Positions 35,260 to 43,548 are shown, counted from the stretch's first letter. The stretch is 60,725 bases of DNA from Parcubacteria group bacterium (GCA_016217555.1 JACRHW010000008.1:1-60725), one strand, 5' to 3'. Translations and numbers: made by a program. Notes: generated from the letters alone by a model not told the origin.

Positions 35260-35514
35260 TTAGGTTTTGTATTTTATTATCAATACAACGATGATGAGAT
35301 TAAAGACAAGGTTTAATAGTTGTACTAATATAAAAACGGCATCATGTATTGATAGTGCATAGGCCAAAATCATTACAGTACTTACCAACCAGGTGGTCCA
35401 CGTTATTATGTTTACTCCTTTTGAGTTTTTATTTTTTAATAAGGAGATAACCTGAGGTATGTAAGCGATGGTGCCAATAATAGTACCAGCGAATCCAATA
35501 GTTTGTAGAATCAT
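35260..35514 (-). CDS. SemiSWEET / PQ-loop sugar transporter (3 TM)
   Basis: 84 aa with three hydrophobic helices. IAYIPQVISLLKNKNSKGV is a PQ-loop motif. One of the three minus-strand genes called in the window. Confidence 0.72.
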   Translation of the reverse strand: MILQTIGFAGTIIGTIAYIPQVISLLKNKNSKGVNIITWTTWLVSTVMILAYALSIHDAVFILVQLLNLVFNLIIVVLIIKYKT

Positions 35515-35643
35515 ATGTGTTGTTTCTTGTATTATAGCAAATCGGCGCTGTTTATGGAGACGTACACGGATGGCCAGGCGGACTTGACTTTTGTATGAAA
35601 TTAGTGTTATAACATAAACATACCTGGAAGGAGGTATAACGAA

Positions 35644-36066
35644 ATGAAGAGAATGCTAGTATTGGTGGGTCTTTTTTTGTTCCTGGGCGTACAGAGTTCC
35701 TACGCCGAGATGACTGTGACTCCGGAGGCCCGCGCGTTCGCGAGGGCGCACGGGATGGAGATCACGGTCGTGAACCACGTCGTGAAGATTGGGCCTTTTT
35801 GGCAGAAGGGTCCGACTGGGAAGTTCACGGTGGCGGATCTCACCTGCCCGGAGAGCGATTCGACGTTTTCTGTGGTGCTCTGTGAGGGGCAGATCAAGGT
35901 CATTCAGAAGGTGATCGATGCGCCGGGGCAAAAGGTCGGCCTGTCGGTCATCGGTGAGAAGTCGCATAAAAATACTTTCTTCCTCTCTCCATTAGGGGAT
36001 CACATGGTCCTCGACCACTGCGTCATGGGGACGCAGTCAATCACAAAGGAGCTCCCCAAAAGGTAG
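35644..36066 (+). CDS. Small secreted protein with a GC-rich mature region
   Basis: Promoter-like TTGACT-N17-TTATAA (35584-35612), then an SD. Signal peptide MKRMLVLVGLFLFLGVQSSYA. The body has 42/60 G+C in line 35701-35760. Confidence 0.55.
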   Translation: MKRMLVLVGLFLFLGVQSSYAEMTVTPEARAFARAHGMEITVVNHVVKIGPFWQKGPTGKFTVADLTCPESDSTFSVVLCEGQIKVIQKVIDAPGQKVGLSVIGEKSHKNTFFLSPLGDHMVLDHCVMGTQSITKELPKR

Positions 36067-36085
36067 CTCCGAGACAAAAGGAGAG

Positions 36086-36106
36086 GCGCTCATCGAGCGC
36101 TTTTTT
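36086..36106 (+). terminator. Intrinsic terminator
   Basis: GCGCTC-atc-GAGCGC followed by T6. Confidence 0.8.
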
Positions 36107-36151
36107 GTTATCCTTTGAACGTCGTGAGCGGAAGCTTATGGATAGATGGAT

Positions 36152-36200
36152 GTCATTATGCCATGTCATAATGACAAAGCGCAGCTTGTGTTGGTATAAT
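36152..36200 (+). promoter_or_regulatory. Strong sigma70-like promoter overlapped by a perfect 9-bp inverted repeat
   Basis: TGACAA (36172-36177), N17, TATAAT (36195-36200, preceded by TGG). GTCATTATG (36152-36160) and CATAATGAC (36167-36175) overlap the -35. Confidence 0.55.
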
Positions 36201-36294
36201 GCCGTGGGTGGAAAAGCTTGCGAAGATTCACTTCTTCTTTTTGGGTTTATCTAAAAACTTTCTTCTTGGTGTGGTATTTGATAGCATAGAATAT

Positions 36295-36594
36295 ATGAAT
36301 AATGGACAATTTTTTATTGATATAGCTAGGGCAGGTATCGGACTTTCTATAGGAGGTCGTCCAGAGCATGTAGTAAGGTTACTTGTTGTTCTTCTCGATC
36401 TCGAAGTTGCGTTAGATAAGGGGCGAGGGCTTGTTTTTGATTCTCCGGAATTTAGGACAGAGATAAACACACTCATGGATGCATTAAGGAAAAGAATTCG
36501 TGACATATTAGATACTATGGATGGCAATGAGGTGGCACGCATCTTGGAGGAGCGAGGGGAGAGTCTTAAAAGACAATTTTCAATTTCTCGTTAG
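36295..36594 (+). CDS. Hypothetical protein (99 aa)
   Basis: ATG 36295 was chosen because ATG 36199 overlaps the predicted -10. An antisense ORF (36228-36542) is also open, so the assignment is weak. Confidence 0.35.
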   Translation: MNNGQFFIDIARAGIGLSIGGRPEHVVRLLVVLLDLEVALDKGRGLVFDSPEFRTEINTLMDALRKRIRDILDTMDGNEVARILEERGESLKRQFSISR

Positions 36595-36673
36595 ACTTTT
36601 ACGCAACAGTTGGTTGTCGCTATAATACAACAAAGGTTGAAAACCATTACTAATAAACAAAAAAGTAATTTTT

Positions 36674-36877
36674 ATGAAAAAAGGTGATATCGTAAGGGCT
36701 ATTCTGGAGGCGGGGATTTGGTACGTTTTTACATGGTATTTGCTTTATGTTTTAAAGAATCCTGTGGAACTTTGGTTTGCGGCTCTGGTTCTTTTGGTTT
36801 TAATGTATGCTGGGGTTTTGATTTGTCCATGGGTCCGTTATACAAGTAGCTGGCGCAGAATGGTTGGTAAAGAATAG
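36674..36877 (+). CDS. Small two-TM membrane protein (67 aa)
   Basis: Hydrophobic segments GIWYVFTWYLLYVL and FAALVLLVLMYAGVLICPW. TATAAT at 36631-36636 lies upstream. Confidence 0.4.
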   Translation: MKKGDIVRAILEAGIWYVFTWYLLYVLKNPVELWFAALVLLVLMYAGVLICPWVRYTSSWRRMVGKE

Positions 36878-36905
36878 ATGTTTGGAAAAGATAGTATCGT
36901 AGACC

Positions 36906-36945
36906 TATACAAATAGCACTGCGTGTGCTATTTTTTGTTTAGGTC
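36906..36945 (+). promoter_or_regulatory. R5 module, copy f
   Basis: TATACA-N17-TATTTT with a perfect hairpin AAATAGCAC-tgcgt-GTGCTATTT, then TTTGTTTAGGTCGTTGA. Confidence 0.6.
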
Positions 36946-36980
36946 GTTGATTTTTGAAAGAAGGAAAGGGGTGGCTTTTT

Positions 36981-37256
36981 GTGACTGAGGGTGATAACGA
37001 GGCAAAACGAGCGTTGTGGGCAAGAAGTGTGAGGAAGAAGGCAAATAAAGTTATTGTGAAAGAACTTCTTAAGCGTTTTTTGCCTGGGTGGACTCTTGTT
37101 GATGATACTCAGATTCCTGAGGATAGAATAGTGAATCTTGGAGACGAGGTTACAGTAGGTATTAAGAATGCGAGTCTCTCAAAAACCACCACCGTGATGA
37201 TTGCCAATGGAGACATTTTTTATTACGAGGAGGGTGTGGGAGGATGTTCGTGGTGA
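36981..37256 (+). CDS. Hypothetical protein (about 91 aa)
   Basis: GTG 36981 lies 9 nt after AAGGAAAGGGG. The track ORF starts at TTG 36954. No family recognised. Confidence 0.4.
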   Translation: MTEGDNEAKRALWARSVRKKANKVIVKELLKRFLPGWTLVDDTQIPEDRIVNLGDEVTVGIKNASLSKTTTVMIANGDIFYYEEGVGGCSW

Positions 37257-37272
37257 TCCTTAGATAAAAAAG

Positions 37273-37298
37273 AAAAGTCGAGATATCTCGACTTTTTT
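37273..37298 (+). terminator. Intrinsic terminator of the CGAGAT-ATCTCG type
   Basis: AAAAGTCGAGAT/ATCTCGACTTTTTT. Confidence 0.8.
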
Positions 37299-37358
37299 CT
37301 ATACAACAGATGCATGATTCGTAGACATTAGAGCAGTTTATTATATAATGAACGTATT

Positions 37359-37763
37359 ATGGAATTATATTTGGTTTTATTGCTTGTGTTTTCAGGGATT
37401 GGAATTGCAAATACATCTTATTTGGCGTATCACGCTATTACAAAAACAGATGTGGCGTGCATCTTTTTTCCGAAGGAGTGGTGCCGGAAGGTTCAATATA
37501 GCAAACAAAGCAAAACATTTGGGATTTCTAACTCCTATCTTGGATTAGTGATGTATCTTTCCATTTTTGGATTAACTATTGGATATGTGTATGGTTTCGC
37601 CATTCCTTTTTGGTGGATCCAGTGTGTTGTTGGGTTTGGGTTCCTTTTTTCAATGTATTTCACCTTCGTGCAAGCGTTTGTTTTGAGAGCGTTTTGTACA
37701 TGGTGTGTGGTCTCTGCAATTAATTTTGTGGTGATGGCGATTGCATCTTTTGTTCTCTATTAA
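37359..37763 (+). CDS. Vitamin K epoxide reductase (VKOR) family membrane protein
   Basis: Four TM segments, loop cysteines (..VACIFFPKEWC..) and a CxxC within a TM helix (FCTWCVVSAINF). Confidence 0.68.
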   Translation: MELYLVLLLVFSGIGIANTSYLAYHAITKTDVACIFFPKEWCRKVQYSKQSKTFGISNSYLGLVMYLSIFGLTIGYVYGFAIPFWWIQCVVGFGFLFSMYFTFVQAFVLRAFCTWCVVSAINFVVMAIASFVLY

Positions 37764-37796
37764 AGAGGAGATAAAGCGTTGTTTTCACACATAGTC

Positions 37797-37836
37797 TGTA
37801 CAAATGATACATGGTGTGCTATTTTGGCTTTGTTCC
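37797..37836 (+). promoter_or_regulatory. R5 module, copy h (most diverged)
   Basis: TGTACA-N17-TATTTT with a weakened hairpin AAATGATAC-atggt-GTGCTATTT, then ..CCTTGAAAAGG...AAAAAGGAGG. Confidence 0.5.
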
Positions 37837-37872
37837 TTGAAAAGGAAAATAGGAAAAAGGAGGAGTATTCCC

Positions 37873-38319
37873 ATGTTTGGACTTGTTCTTGCTGTTTTGT
37901 ATGCTGCCTACCTTTATGCAATAACAAAGGCCCCACAGGAGGTTGCTTATCTAAATAGTAGCAATTTTCTTTTTTGGTGGTACGTCGTGTGGGCTGTTGT
38001 TACGGGAGCGTTTTTGGTTGTAATGATTCTTGGTTTTCTCTTTGTGGGAGGAGTTGGTGGAGCCATGAGTGGAGGACCGTTGGGAGCTTTTCTTGGTCTT
38101 GGGGCGGGAGGAGCGATTTCTGGGCTTCTTGTGCTCGGTGGTGTTATTAACAATGTTCTTTTTGTTGGGGGTGCATATTTGCTTCATTCTGCACTTGTCC
38201 ATCAGGCTACAGGATATACATGGGATATGGGGCGTTTGGTTATTGGAGGGCTTCTTCTCCTTATTGGTATCTTATCCACGCGAAGCAGTTCGGGTAGTAG
38301 TTTAAATAATTCAGATTAG
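37873..38319 (+). CDS. Glycine-rich integral membrane protein (148 aa)
   Basis: ATG 37873 after AAAAAGGAGGAG; the track ORF begins inside the R5 element. Four hydrophobic, Gly-rich segments. Confidence 0.5.
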   Translation: MFGLVLAVLYAAYLYAITKAPQEVAYLNSSNFLFWWYVVWAVVTGAFLVVMILGFLFVGGVGGAMSGGPLGAFLGLGAGGAISGLLVLGGVINNVLFVGGAYLLHSALVHQATGYTWDMGRLVIGGLLLLIGILSTRSSSGSSLNNSD

Positions 38320-38450
38320 TTTTTGTATCAAAAATAAATCCGTCACATCGTGGCGGTTTTTTTATGGACAAAATATGTGTTTCATGATACGGTTCACTTA
38401 GAAAACGTGGTGGGAGTAATCTCACCATCATTGAAAAAAGGAGGTGTTGT

Positions 38451-38648
38451 ATGGGTGAAATGTTAATTGGTGAACCCATGAAATGTGGTATCGGGCAGGG
38501 TGAGAAGTGTTGTGTATTTCTTGTTTCTTCTCCAAACGGATTCGAGTGTGTAAGGGATACTCTTATGGGAAAAGCCTGTTTTTTCCGCAATAATATGAAG
38601 GCAAAGAGAGCCCCTATCCAGCCGTTTCCCGAGTGTCAGTTGAAATAA
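38451..38648 (+). CDS. Small Cys-rich protein (65 aa)
   Basis: AAAAGGAGG SD. Seven Cys, including KCGIGQGEKCCVFL..GFEC. Confidence 0.4.
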   Translation: MGEMLIGEPMKCGIGQGEKCCVFLVSSPNGFECVRDTLMGKACFFRNNMKAKRAPIQPFPECQLK

Positions 38649-38730
38649 TTGTTGTACAAGCCGTATGGGAATACCCAGCGGTTTTTATTTTTTTGTGTTA
38701 TGTAGAAATTAATTATATACTGGAATTATC

Positions 38731-39090
38731 ATGAACAGCTCTGTGCATACTACCAATAAAAATCTAAGGTTTGGGATATATTTTTTCCCCATTTTTATTA
38801 TTGGACTACTTATTATTCTCAATATTCCGCTTAATTTACCTGTACCCGGGATTGATGGCGAGGATTTTGATCTTATTCTTAGCCAGTCAACCACTGCTCT
38901 AAATTCAGATAGACATTCAAATTATCTTAGTATTTGGGGGAAGACCTTTTTTGGTACTTCTGTGGTGGGGGAAGATAGCATAACTTTTTTGTTTGCAGTA
39001 TTTAGTTTCGTACTTGGGTTTTCAATATATCGCTTAATAGACAACGTATCGTTGCGTGCCCCCCCGTTGATTATGGGTTTCTCTGATTAA
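38731..39090 (+). CDS. Membrane protein (119 aa)
   Basis: Two hydrophobic helices. No family recognised. Confidence 0.4.
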   Translation: MNSSVHTTNKNLRFGIYFFPIFIIGLLIILNIPLNLPVPGIDGEDFDLILSQSTTALNSDRHSNYLSIWGKTFFGTSVVGEDSITFLFAVFSFVLGFSIYRLIDNVSLRAPPLIMGFSD

Positions 39091-39119
39091 TAATAATTTA
39101 ATTTTTTTTATTGAAATAT

Positions 39120-39530
39120 ATGACTAAAAAAATGATAACAGCAACATCAATTCTTGCGATGTTGTTAGCAAATTCAGTGGCGTTTGCCCAAACATCAACG
39201 GTAACGACCTCGATAGCGACATCGACGGTTTCAGTTGGAACCGCACCAACATGTACACAAACTGCCACCGCTACGTATAAAACAGCTCAGAGTGCAGCAA
39301 AGTATGCTCATATTGCTGCCATAGCGGCAGCCAATGATGCGCACAAAGCCGCCGTCGCCTCTGCAAATGGCCTTATTGATAAAAAGGCAAAAAAGGCTGC
39401 TCTTGGTACAGCAAAAAAGGCACTGCAGGATGCTAAGAAAAAAGCAGACAAAGATTTACAGGTTGCCAACCGTGCTGCGAGTGCAAAGTATGCAGTAGAT
39501 AAGAAGGCGTGTCCCAAGAAACATAAGTAA
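39120..39530 (+). CDS. Secreted Ala/Lys-rich protein
   Basis: ATG 39120 (the track starts at TTG 39111). Signal peptide ITATSILAMLLANSVAFAQ and an A/K-rich helical body. Confidence 0.5.
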   Translation: MTKKMITATSILAMLLANSVAFAQTSTVTTSIATSTVSVGTAPTCTQTATATYKTAQSAAKYAHIAAIAAANDAHKAAVASANGLIDKKAKKAALGTAKKALQDAKKKADKDLQVANRAASAKYAVDKKACPKKHK

Positions 39531-39549
39531 TTACACGGTTTTTAGGATT

Positions 39550-39594
39550 CTCGACAAACTAGCACCATGTGTGCTAGTTTTGTTTTAGGTCATT
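39550..39594 (+). promoter_or_regulatory. R5 module, copy l
   Basis: 45 nt identical to 40588-40632. TCGACA-N18-TAGTTT with a 12-bp hairpin ACAAACTAGCAC-catgt-GTGCTAGTTTTGT (one bulged T). Confidence 0.65.
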
Positions 39595-39614
39595 GAAAAG
39601 GGGGGAAGATAGGA

Positions 39615-40199
39615 ATGTGTACCAAAAAACTTTCATCAGATAAACTTTTGGTTGCTGTTTTTGAAGAAATTAAGAAAAGATTTTTAAAAAGGGCCATTAA
39701 TATTCATGGAGAAAATTATGTACACAAGTTTCACACCAATCAGTGTCCTCTTGCGCTTATCGGTGATGATTCTGATGACCATAGAATTAGGGCTGGTTTC
39801 ATGCGTTATGAAGAAATGGCGGTGGTAAGGATTAATAATACGTGTTGGGCAATCGCGCTAGGTTCAGCATGTGGTGACTATCCTGCCGACCCATACAGCA
39901 AAGATATTACCGCTGTACAGATGGATGAAATACCCGTACCCGAGTTGCTTAAGAGGAGTTGTTATTTTTTGAATTCGTTGATTGCGAGTAAACGATTTGG
40001 CGGAGAGCTCTTCTTTATGAGATATGTTGGTTCTCGATTAAACCCATTTGGAACACAAATGGTTGAATTTTTAGAGAAAAATTGGGAAGGTAATTTCCAA
40101 CGAGTAGGTTCACACGAGCAAGAATTTGTGAATGTTGTTGTGGATGGCATTATTCATACTCTCTCAAATTTTGTAGAATTTGACATGAAAGATGAATAG
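39615..40199 (+). CDS. Hypothetical protein (194 aa)
   Basis: ORF directly downstream of R5 copy l. No family recognised. Confidence 0.5.
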   Translation: MCTKKLSSDKLLVAVFEEIKKRFLKRAINIHGENYVHKFHTNQCPLALIGDDSDDHRIRAGFMRYEEMAVVRINNTCWAIALGSACGDYPADPYSKDITAVQMDEIPVPELLKRSCYFLNSLIASKRFGGELFFMRYVGSRLNPFGTQMVEFLEKNWEGNFQRVGSHEQEFVNVVVDGIIHTLSNFVEFDMKDE

Positions 40200-40255
40200 T
40201 GGTATACAATATATGGTTCTTTGAGCCTAAATTCAAGGAATAGGAGGTGGGCCAC

Positions 40256-40546
40256 GTGAAGATGTATGCATTACGCGATGTGAAGCTTGAGAGAGGAAAA
40301 ATAACAGAACATCGTTCCGACGGAAACGTTATTGGGGTTGTCCAGTATGCGGGTGTAAATGGAGATGGGTCTCTTGGGGTTGGTTGGTATACGGGCTCCA
40401 ATCGTACCACTTGTTTTTCTCCAGATTCTTGGGAATTTGAGATAAATGGCGATGTTATTGTTCTCACACGCATAGGTTTTGATGTGGGAACGTGTGATCT
40501 GCCGTATTATGGTTCTAACAAATACACCATCGTTTTGGGAAAATAA
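40256..40546 (+). CDS. Hypothetical protein (about 96 aa)
   Basis: GTG 40256 lies 8 nt after AGGAGG; alternatives are GTG 40247 and ATG 40262. Confidence 0.4.
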   Translation: MKMYALRDVKLERGKITEHRSDGNVIGVVQYAGVNGDGSLGVGWYTGSNRTTCFSPDSWEFEINGDVIVLTRIGFDVGTCDLPYYGSNKYTIVLGK

Positions 40547-40553
40547 ATGTATT

Positions 40554-40576
40554 GCCGAGATATCTCGGCTTTTTTA
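40554..40576 (+). terminator. Intrinsic terminator of the CGAGAT-ATCTCG type
   Basis: GCCGAGAT/ATCTCGGC followed by T6. It lies 12 nt upstream of R5 copy n. Confidence 0.85.
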
Positions 40577-40587
40577 TTCCACGATAC

Positions 40588-40632
40588 CTCGACAAACTAG
40601 CACCATGTGTGCTAGTTTTGTTTTAGGTCATT
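40588..40632 (+). promoter_or_regulatory. R5 module, copy n
   Basis: Identical 45 nt to copy l, followed by CTTAAAAGGAGG and ATG 40653. Confidence 0.65.
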
Positions 40633-40652
40633 CTTAAAAGGAGGACACGATT

Positions 40653-40955
40653 ATGCTGTTCTATGTTTGCCTTCGTGATTTGAACAAACCACGCTCGCCA
40701 TTCATTCCTATTTTGCAGGTGGTAAAACAGGATTATTGGGAAAATGTGGAGGATTATGTCGTTGATAACCCAGAGAGGGAGGCGTTAGAAGAGTTTACTA
40801 AGAAAATCTGTGAAATGGAATCAATTCCTGTTAACACCGATATATTCATCACGTGGTTTGGGGTTGAGGGGGAGAGGAGTTTCGAGTTTCCCCAAGAGTT
40901 TTTGCAGCTTGTTTCTGAAAAGGGGCTAAGGGTTATTCTTAGTCTTGAGTTCTAA
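40653..40955 (+). CDS. Hypothetical acidic protein (100 aa)
   Basis: ORF directly downstream of R5 copy n. Followed by the hairpin ATTCCACAT-gatg-TGTGGGAT plus T-run. Confidence 0.45.
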   Translation: MLFYVCLRDLNKPRSPFIPILQVVKQDYWENVEDYVVDNPEREALEEFTKKICEMESIPVNTDIFITWFGVEGERSFEFPQEFLQLVSEKGLRVILSLEF

Positions 40956-41072
40956 GAGGAAAATGGTGTTTAGTTTTAATTCCACATGATGTGTGGGATT
41001 TTTATTTGGATCTGTGGATAACGTGGTGTAAAAAGTTTGTTATACTACAGGTAAACTAAAAGTAACAAAATT

Positions 41073-41444
41073 ATGAATAATGATAGAAAAATGGAGTGGT
41101 TGCTACGCATTGGCGTAGCGGGCGAATTTATCGGGCATGGAATGCTTGCCATAGAGGGGAAAAAAGATTGGCTGGGGTGGATCAGCCAGATGATACACGT
41201 AGATACTCCCACCGCTACGACATTATTGCTCCTTATTGGTATTGCGGACGTCATTATGGCATTGATTGTTTTGGTGAGACCAATTAAACCACTTTTGCTT
41301 TGGATGGCTTTTTGGGGGTTTTGGACAGCCTTAGTGAGACCTTTGGTTGGGATAGGGTGGTTAGACTTTATTGAGCGTTCTGCAAACTGGGCGGCACCTC
41401 TTGCACTTTATTATTTTTACCGGGGAAGAAAATCTGGTAAATAA
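41073..41444 (+). CDS. Integral membrane protein (4 TM)
   Basis: 123 aa and hydrophobic. No confident family. Confidence 0.5.
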   Translation: MNNDRKMEWLLRIGVAGEFIGHGMLAIEGKKDWLGWISQMIHVDTPTATTLLLLIGIADVIMALIVLVRPIKPLLLWMAFWGFWTALVRPLVGIGWLDFIERSANWAAPLALYYFYRGRKSGK

Positions 41445-41653
41445 TTACTAATTTTTTACCATTCCAGCGAATCCGCCAGCCGGCGGAGGGAACGGCGGGG
41501 AGACAAAAAATGAATTAATTTGATGTTGGTATCGTTTGAATAAGTCTATATAAAAAACCAGCCGTGAATAGCTGGTTTTTCTTGACGCCTTTTTTCATTA
41601 TTGTATAAAGAGAAAGGTTCTTTGAAAACGATCGAAATCAGAGGTGACCTCCC

Positions 41654-42067
41654 ATGCCTATATGGATAATTTCTAACATTCTGTTAATTTTCATTTTGTT
41701 GTTTTATCTATTCTATTCATGGAAAAAAGATTCCATTCTTGCTCTCGGCATTTTTCTTCTTATGGTCGGCGCGGGTTTAAACATGTCGGTGGTGTGTGCA
41801 AATGGATACAAGATGCCTGTGTTCGGTATTGCTAATTATGATGTAACCGATGCAAGGCATTGTTTGCTTGATGCTACTACAAAGTTTGCTCTTCTCTCTG
41901 ATCATATCCAGGTTTCTGATCCGCTTCTTGCACCCAATGTTATTCTTATGGTAAGCATTGGTGATATTTTGATATATGTAGGATACAGTATCGTGTTTCC
42001 TCTTTTGTGCATTAGCATGCTTTGTGCCAGTGCTTCTTTCATTAGGTCAAAATTTCGTAAGAAGTAA
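41654..42067 (+). CDS. Integral membrane protein (possibly DUF5317-like)
   Basis: 137 aa. ANGYKMPV resembles the NGG.MPV motif I associate with DUF5317; this is tentative. A terminator follows at about 42073-42100. Confidence 0.45.
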   Translation: MPIWIISNILLIFILLFYLFYSWKKDSILALGIFLLMVGAGLNMSVVCANGYKMPVFGIANYDVTDARHCLLDATTKFALLSDHIQVSDPLLAPNVILMVSIGDILIYVGYSIVFPLLCISMLCASASFIRSKFRKK

Positions 42068-42208
42068 AAACCAAACCGTTGGAAATGTCCAGCGGTTTTT
42101 TGATTCATCCAATGCGCAATGCGAATCTGATGTTAGCAAGATTGCATATAGAGATATCTCTGCTATTCTTGATCTAGGAACTTAACAATTCGAGGACGGG
42201 AGTGTGTA

Positions 42209-42703
42209 ATGATACAACACAACTGGAAAGATCTCCTCCGTATCGCTTATATAATCGCTAAGCAGAGTCATGACCCTTCGACGCAGAATGGTGCGTTGTT
42301 AATTAATGTTGATGGTTCTATTCTTGGCGACGCGTGCAATCAGTTTCCTCGTGGAGTAAAAGAAACTCCAGAGCGTTGGGAACGACCATTGAAGTATAAA
42401 ATCATCGAACATGCAGAACGTAATGTCATTTTTCATTTTGCAAAACTTGGTATTCCTACCGATGGTCTTACGATGGTGTGTCCGTGGGCAGCGTGTGCGG
42501 ATTGCGCTAGGGCTATTATTCAGGCTGGTATCGTGAGGCTTGTGATTCACAGACAAGCAGGCGATCGTTCTCCAGAATTTTGGCAAAAGGAAATTGATGT
42601 AGCATTTGAAATGCTTAAGGAGACGGGCGTGGAAATTGTTGCCTATGATGGAGAGGTTGGTGTGAAGGGTCTTTTGCACAGTGACCAGCTTTGGAATCCA
42701 TAA
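42209..42703 (+). CDS. dCMP (deoxycytidylate) deaminase family zinc enzyme
   Basis: HAERNVIF (H-A-E) and CPWAACADCARAIIQAGI (PC..C). Confidence 0.8.
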   Translation: MIQHNWKDLLRIAYIIAKQSHDPSTQNGALLINVDGSILGDACNQFPRGVKETPERWERPLKYKIIEHAERNVIFHFAKLGIPTDGLTMVCPWAACADCARAIIQAGIVRLVIHRQAGDRSPEFWQKEIDVAFEMLKETGVEIVAYDGEVGVKGLLHSDQLWNP

Positions 42704-42801
42704 ATTCGTAACCCCTAGATAATTCTAGGGAGTTTTTATTTTTGACAGGCATGTTATAATAAAATAAAGATAAGGGGTTAAAATTAAAAAATATAAATAC
42801 T

Positions 42802-43071
42802 ATGCATCGAGTAAATACACATAAATTGGGTCTTGTTGTGGGTAGTTTCGCTGGGCTGGTTCATCTTGTTTGGTCATTGTTCGTGGCATTGGGATGGGCG
42901 GGGTCACTTGTTGGTTTTATCCTTAGGCTTCATTTTATGAGTCATCCTTATATGGTTTTACCATTTAATCTTGTTACTGCAGGGGAGCTTGTTGCGGTGG
43001 TCTTTCTTGTGGGGTATATTGGCGCTACTATTGCAGGAACTATTTGGAACAAGGTTTACATAGGTAAATAG
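42802..43071 (+). CDS. Small membrane protein (89 aa)
   Basis: Three hydrophobic segments. Weakly resembles 54725-54991. Confidence 0.4.
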   Translation: MHRVNTHKLGLVVGSFAGLVHLVWSLFVALGWAGSLVGFILRLHFMSHPYMVLPFNLVTAGELVAVVFLVGYIGATIAGTIWNKVYIGK

Positions 43072-43143
43072 GGCCGCCCTTTACAGCATAATTGTTCTGT
43101 GCTATCATTTTATTAGTTCATTAGGAAATGGAGGTAATACTAA

Positions 43144-43410
43144 ATGGATCCCGAACATCATCACTGGTTCTGGCGGATTTTGGATGGTTTCGTATCAAAT
43201 CCTGATAAGTCCAGTTTTGTTGCCAAGAAGGGTATATTTGATCTCGAGATCATGATTCGTGTTGCGCGTGAGGATAAGGTCCTTTTTACGCCAGAGGTAT
43301 TGGGGGCGCTTAAGGTCATTTTGACCGCCAAGACAGGGGTCTCGAATCTTATGATTTATCTGGAGGATAGTGAGTTCGCTAGGATGAAAGAGGCGCAATC
43401 GTACATGTAG
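43144..43410 (+). CDS. Hypothetical protein (88 aa)
   Basis: ORF after GGAGG. Followed by the terminator GCTCCGA-ggatt-CGGGGC plus T-run. Confidence 0.4.
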   Translation: MDPEHHHWFWRILDGFVSNPDKSSFVAKKGIFDLEIMIRVAREDKVLFTPEVLGALKVILTAKTGVSNLMIYLEDSEFARMKEAQSYM

Positions 43411-43548
43411 TATGGGTTGGATGGTGCTCCGAGGATTCGGGGCTTTTTAATTTTTTGTTTGATTCCACCAGAAATAGCAACTATGGTAGTCGAACTACCA
43501 TAGTTGTGCTACGTGCCTTCGTGGGTCCTAATGCGGTTAGCGGTCGGT

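Noticed and set aside
35656-35967. 103-aa and 67-aa minus-strand ORFs in the GC-rich segment.
   Set aside because: Open antisense frames are expected in GC-rich DNA. The + strand has a promoter, an SD and a signal peptide.
36159-36170. 12-nt match CATGTCATAATG between 36159-36170 and the reverse strand near 60578.
   Set aside because: By a rough estimate, exact 12-mers shared by chance are expected many times in a 60-kb window when both strands are considered.
36228-36542. 104-aa minus-strand ORF opposite the 36295-36594 ORF.
   Set aside because: It has no SD or promoter on the minus strand, whereas a strong + strand promoter lies upstream. The + strand ORF is itself weak, so this locus remains uncertain.
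34390-40632. R5 modules considered as integron attC sites (gene-cassette array).
   Set aside because: The arms do not match the RYYYAAC / GTTRRRY core sites. The palindrome is only 9-12 bp. No IntI-like integrase or attI is present in the window. The cassette-like layout is still reported as a finding.
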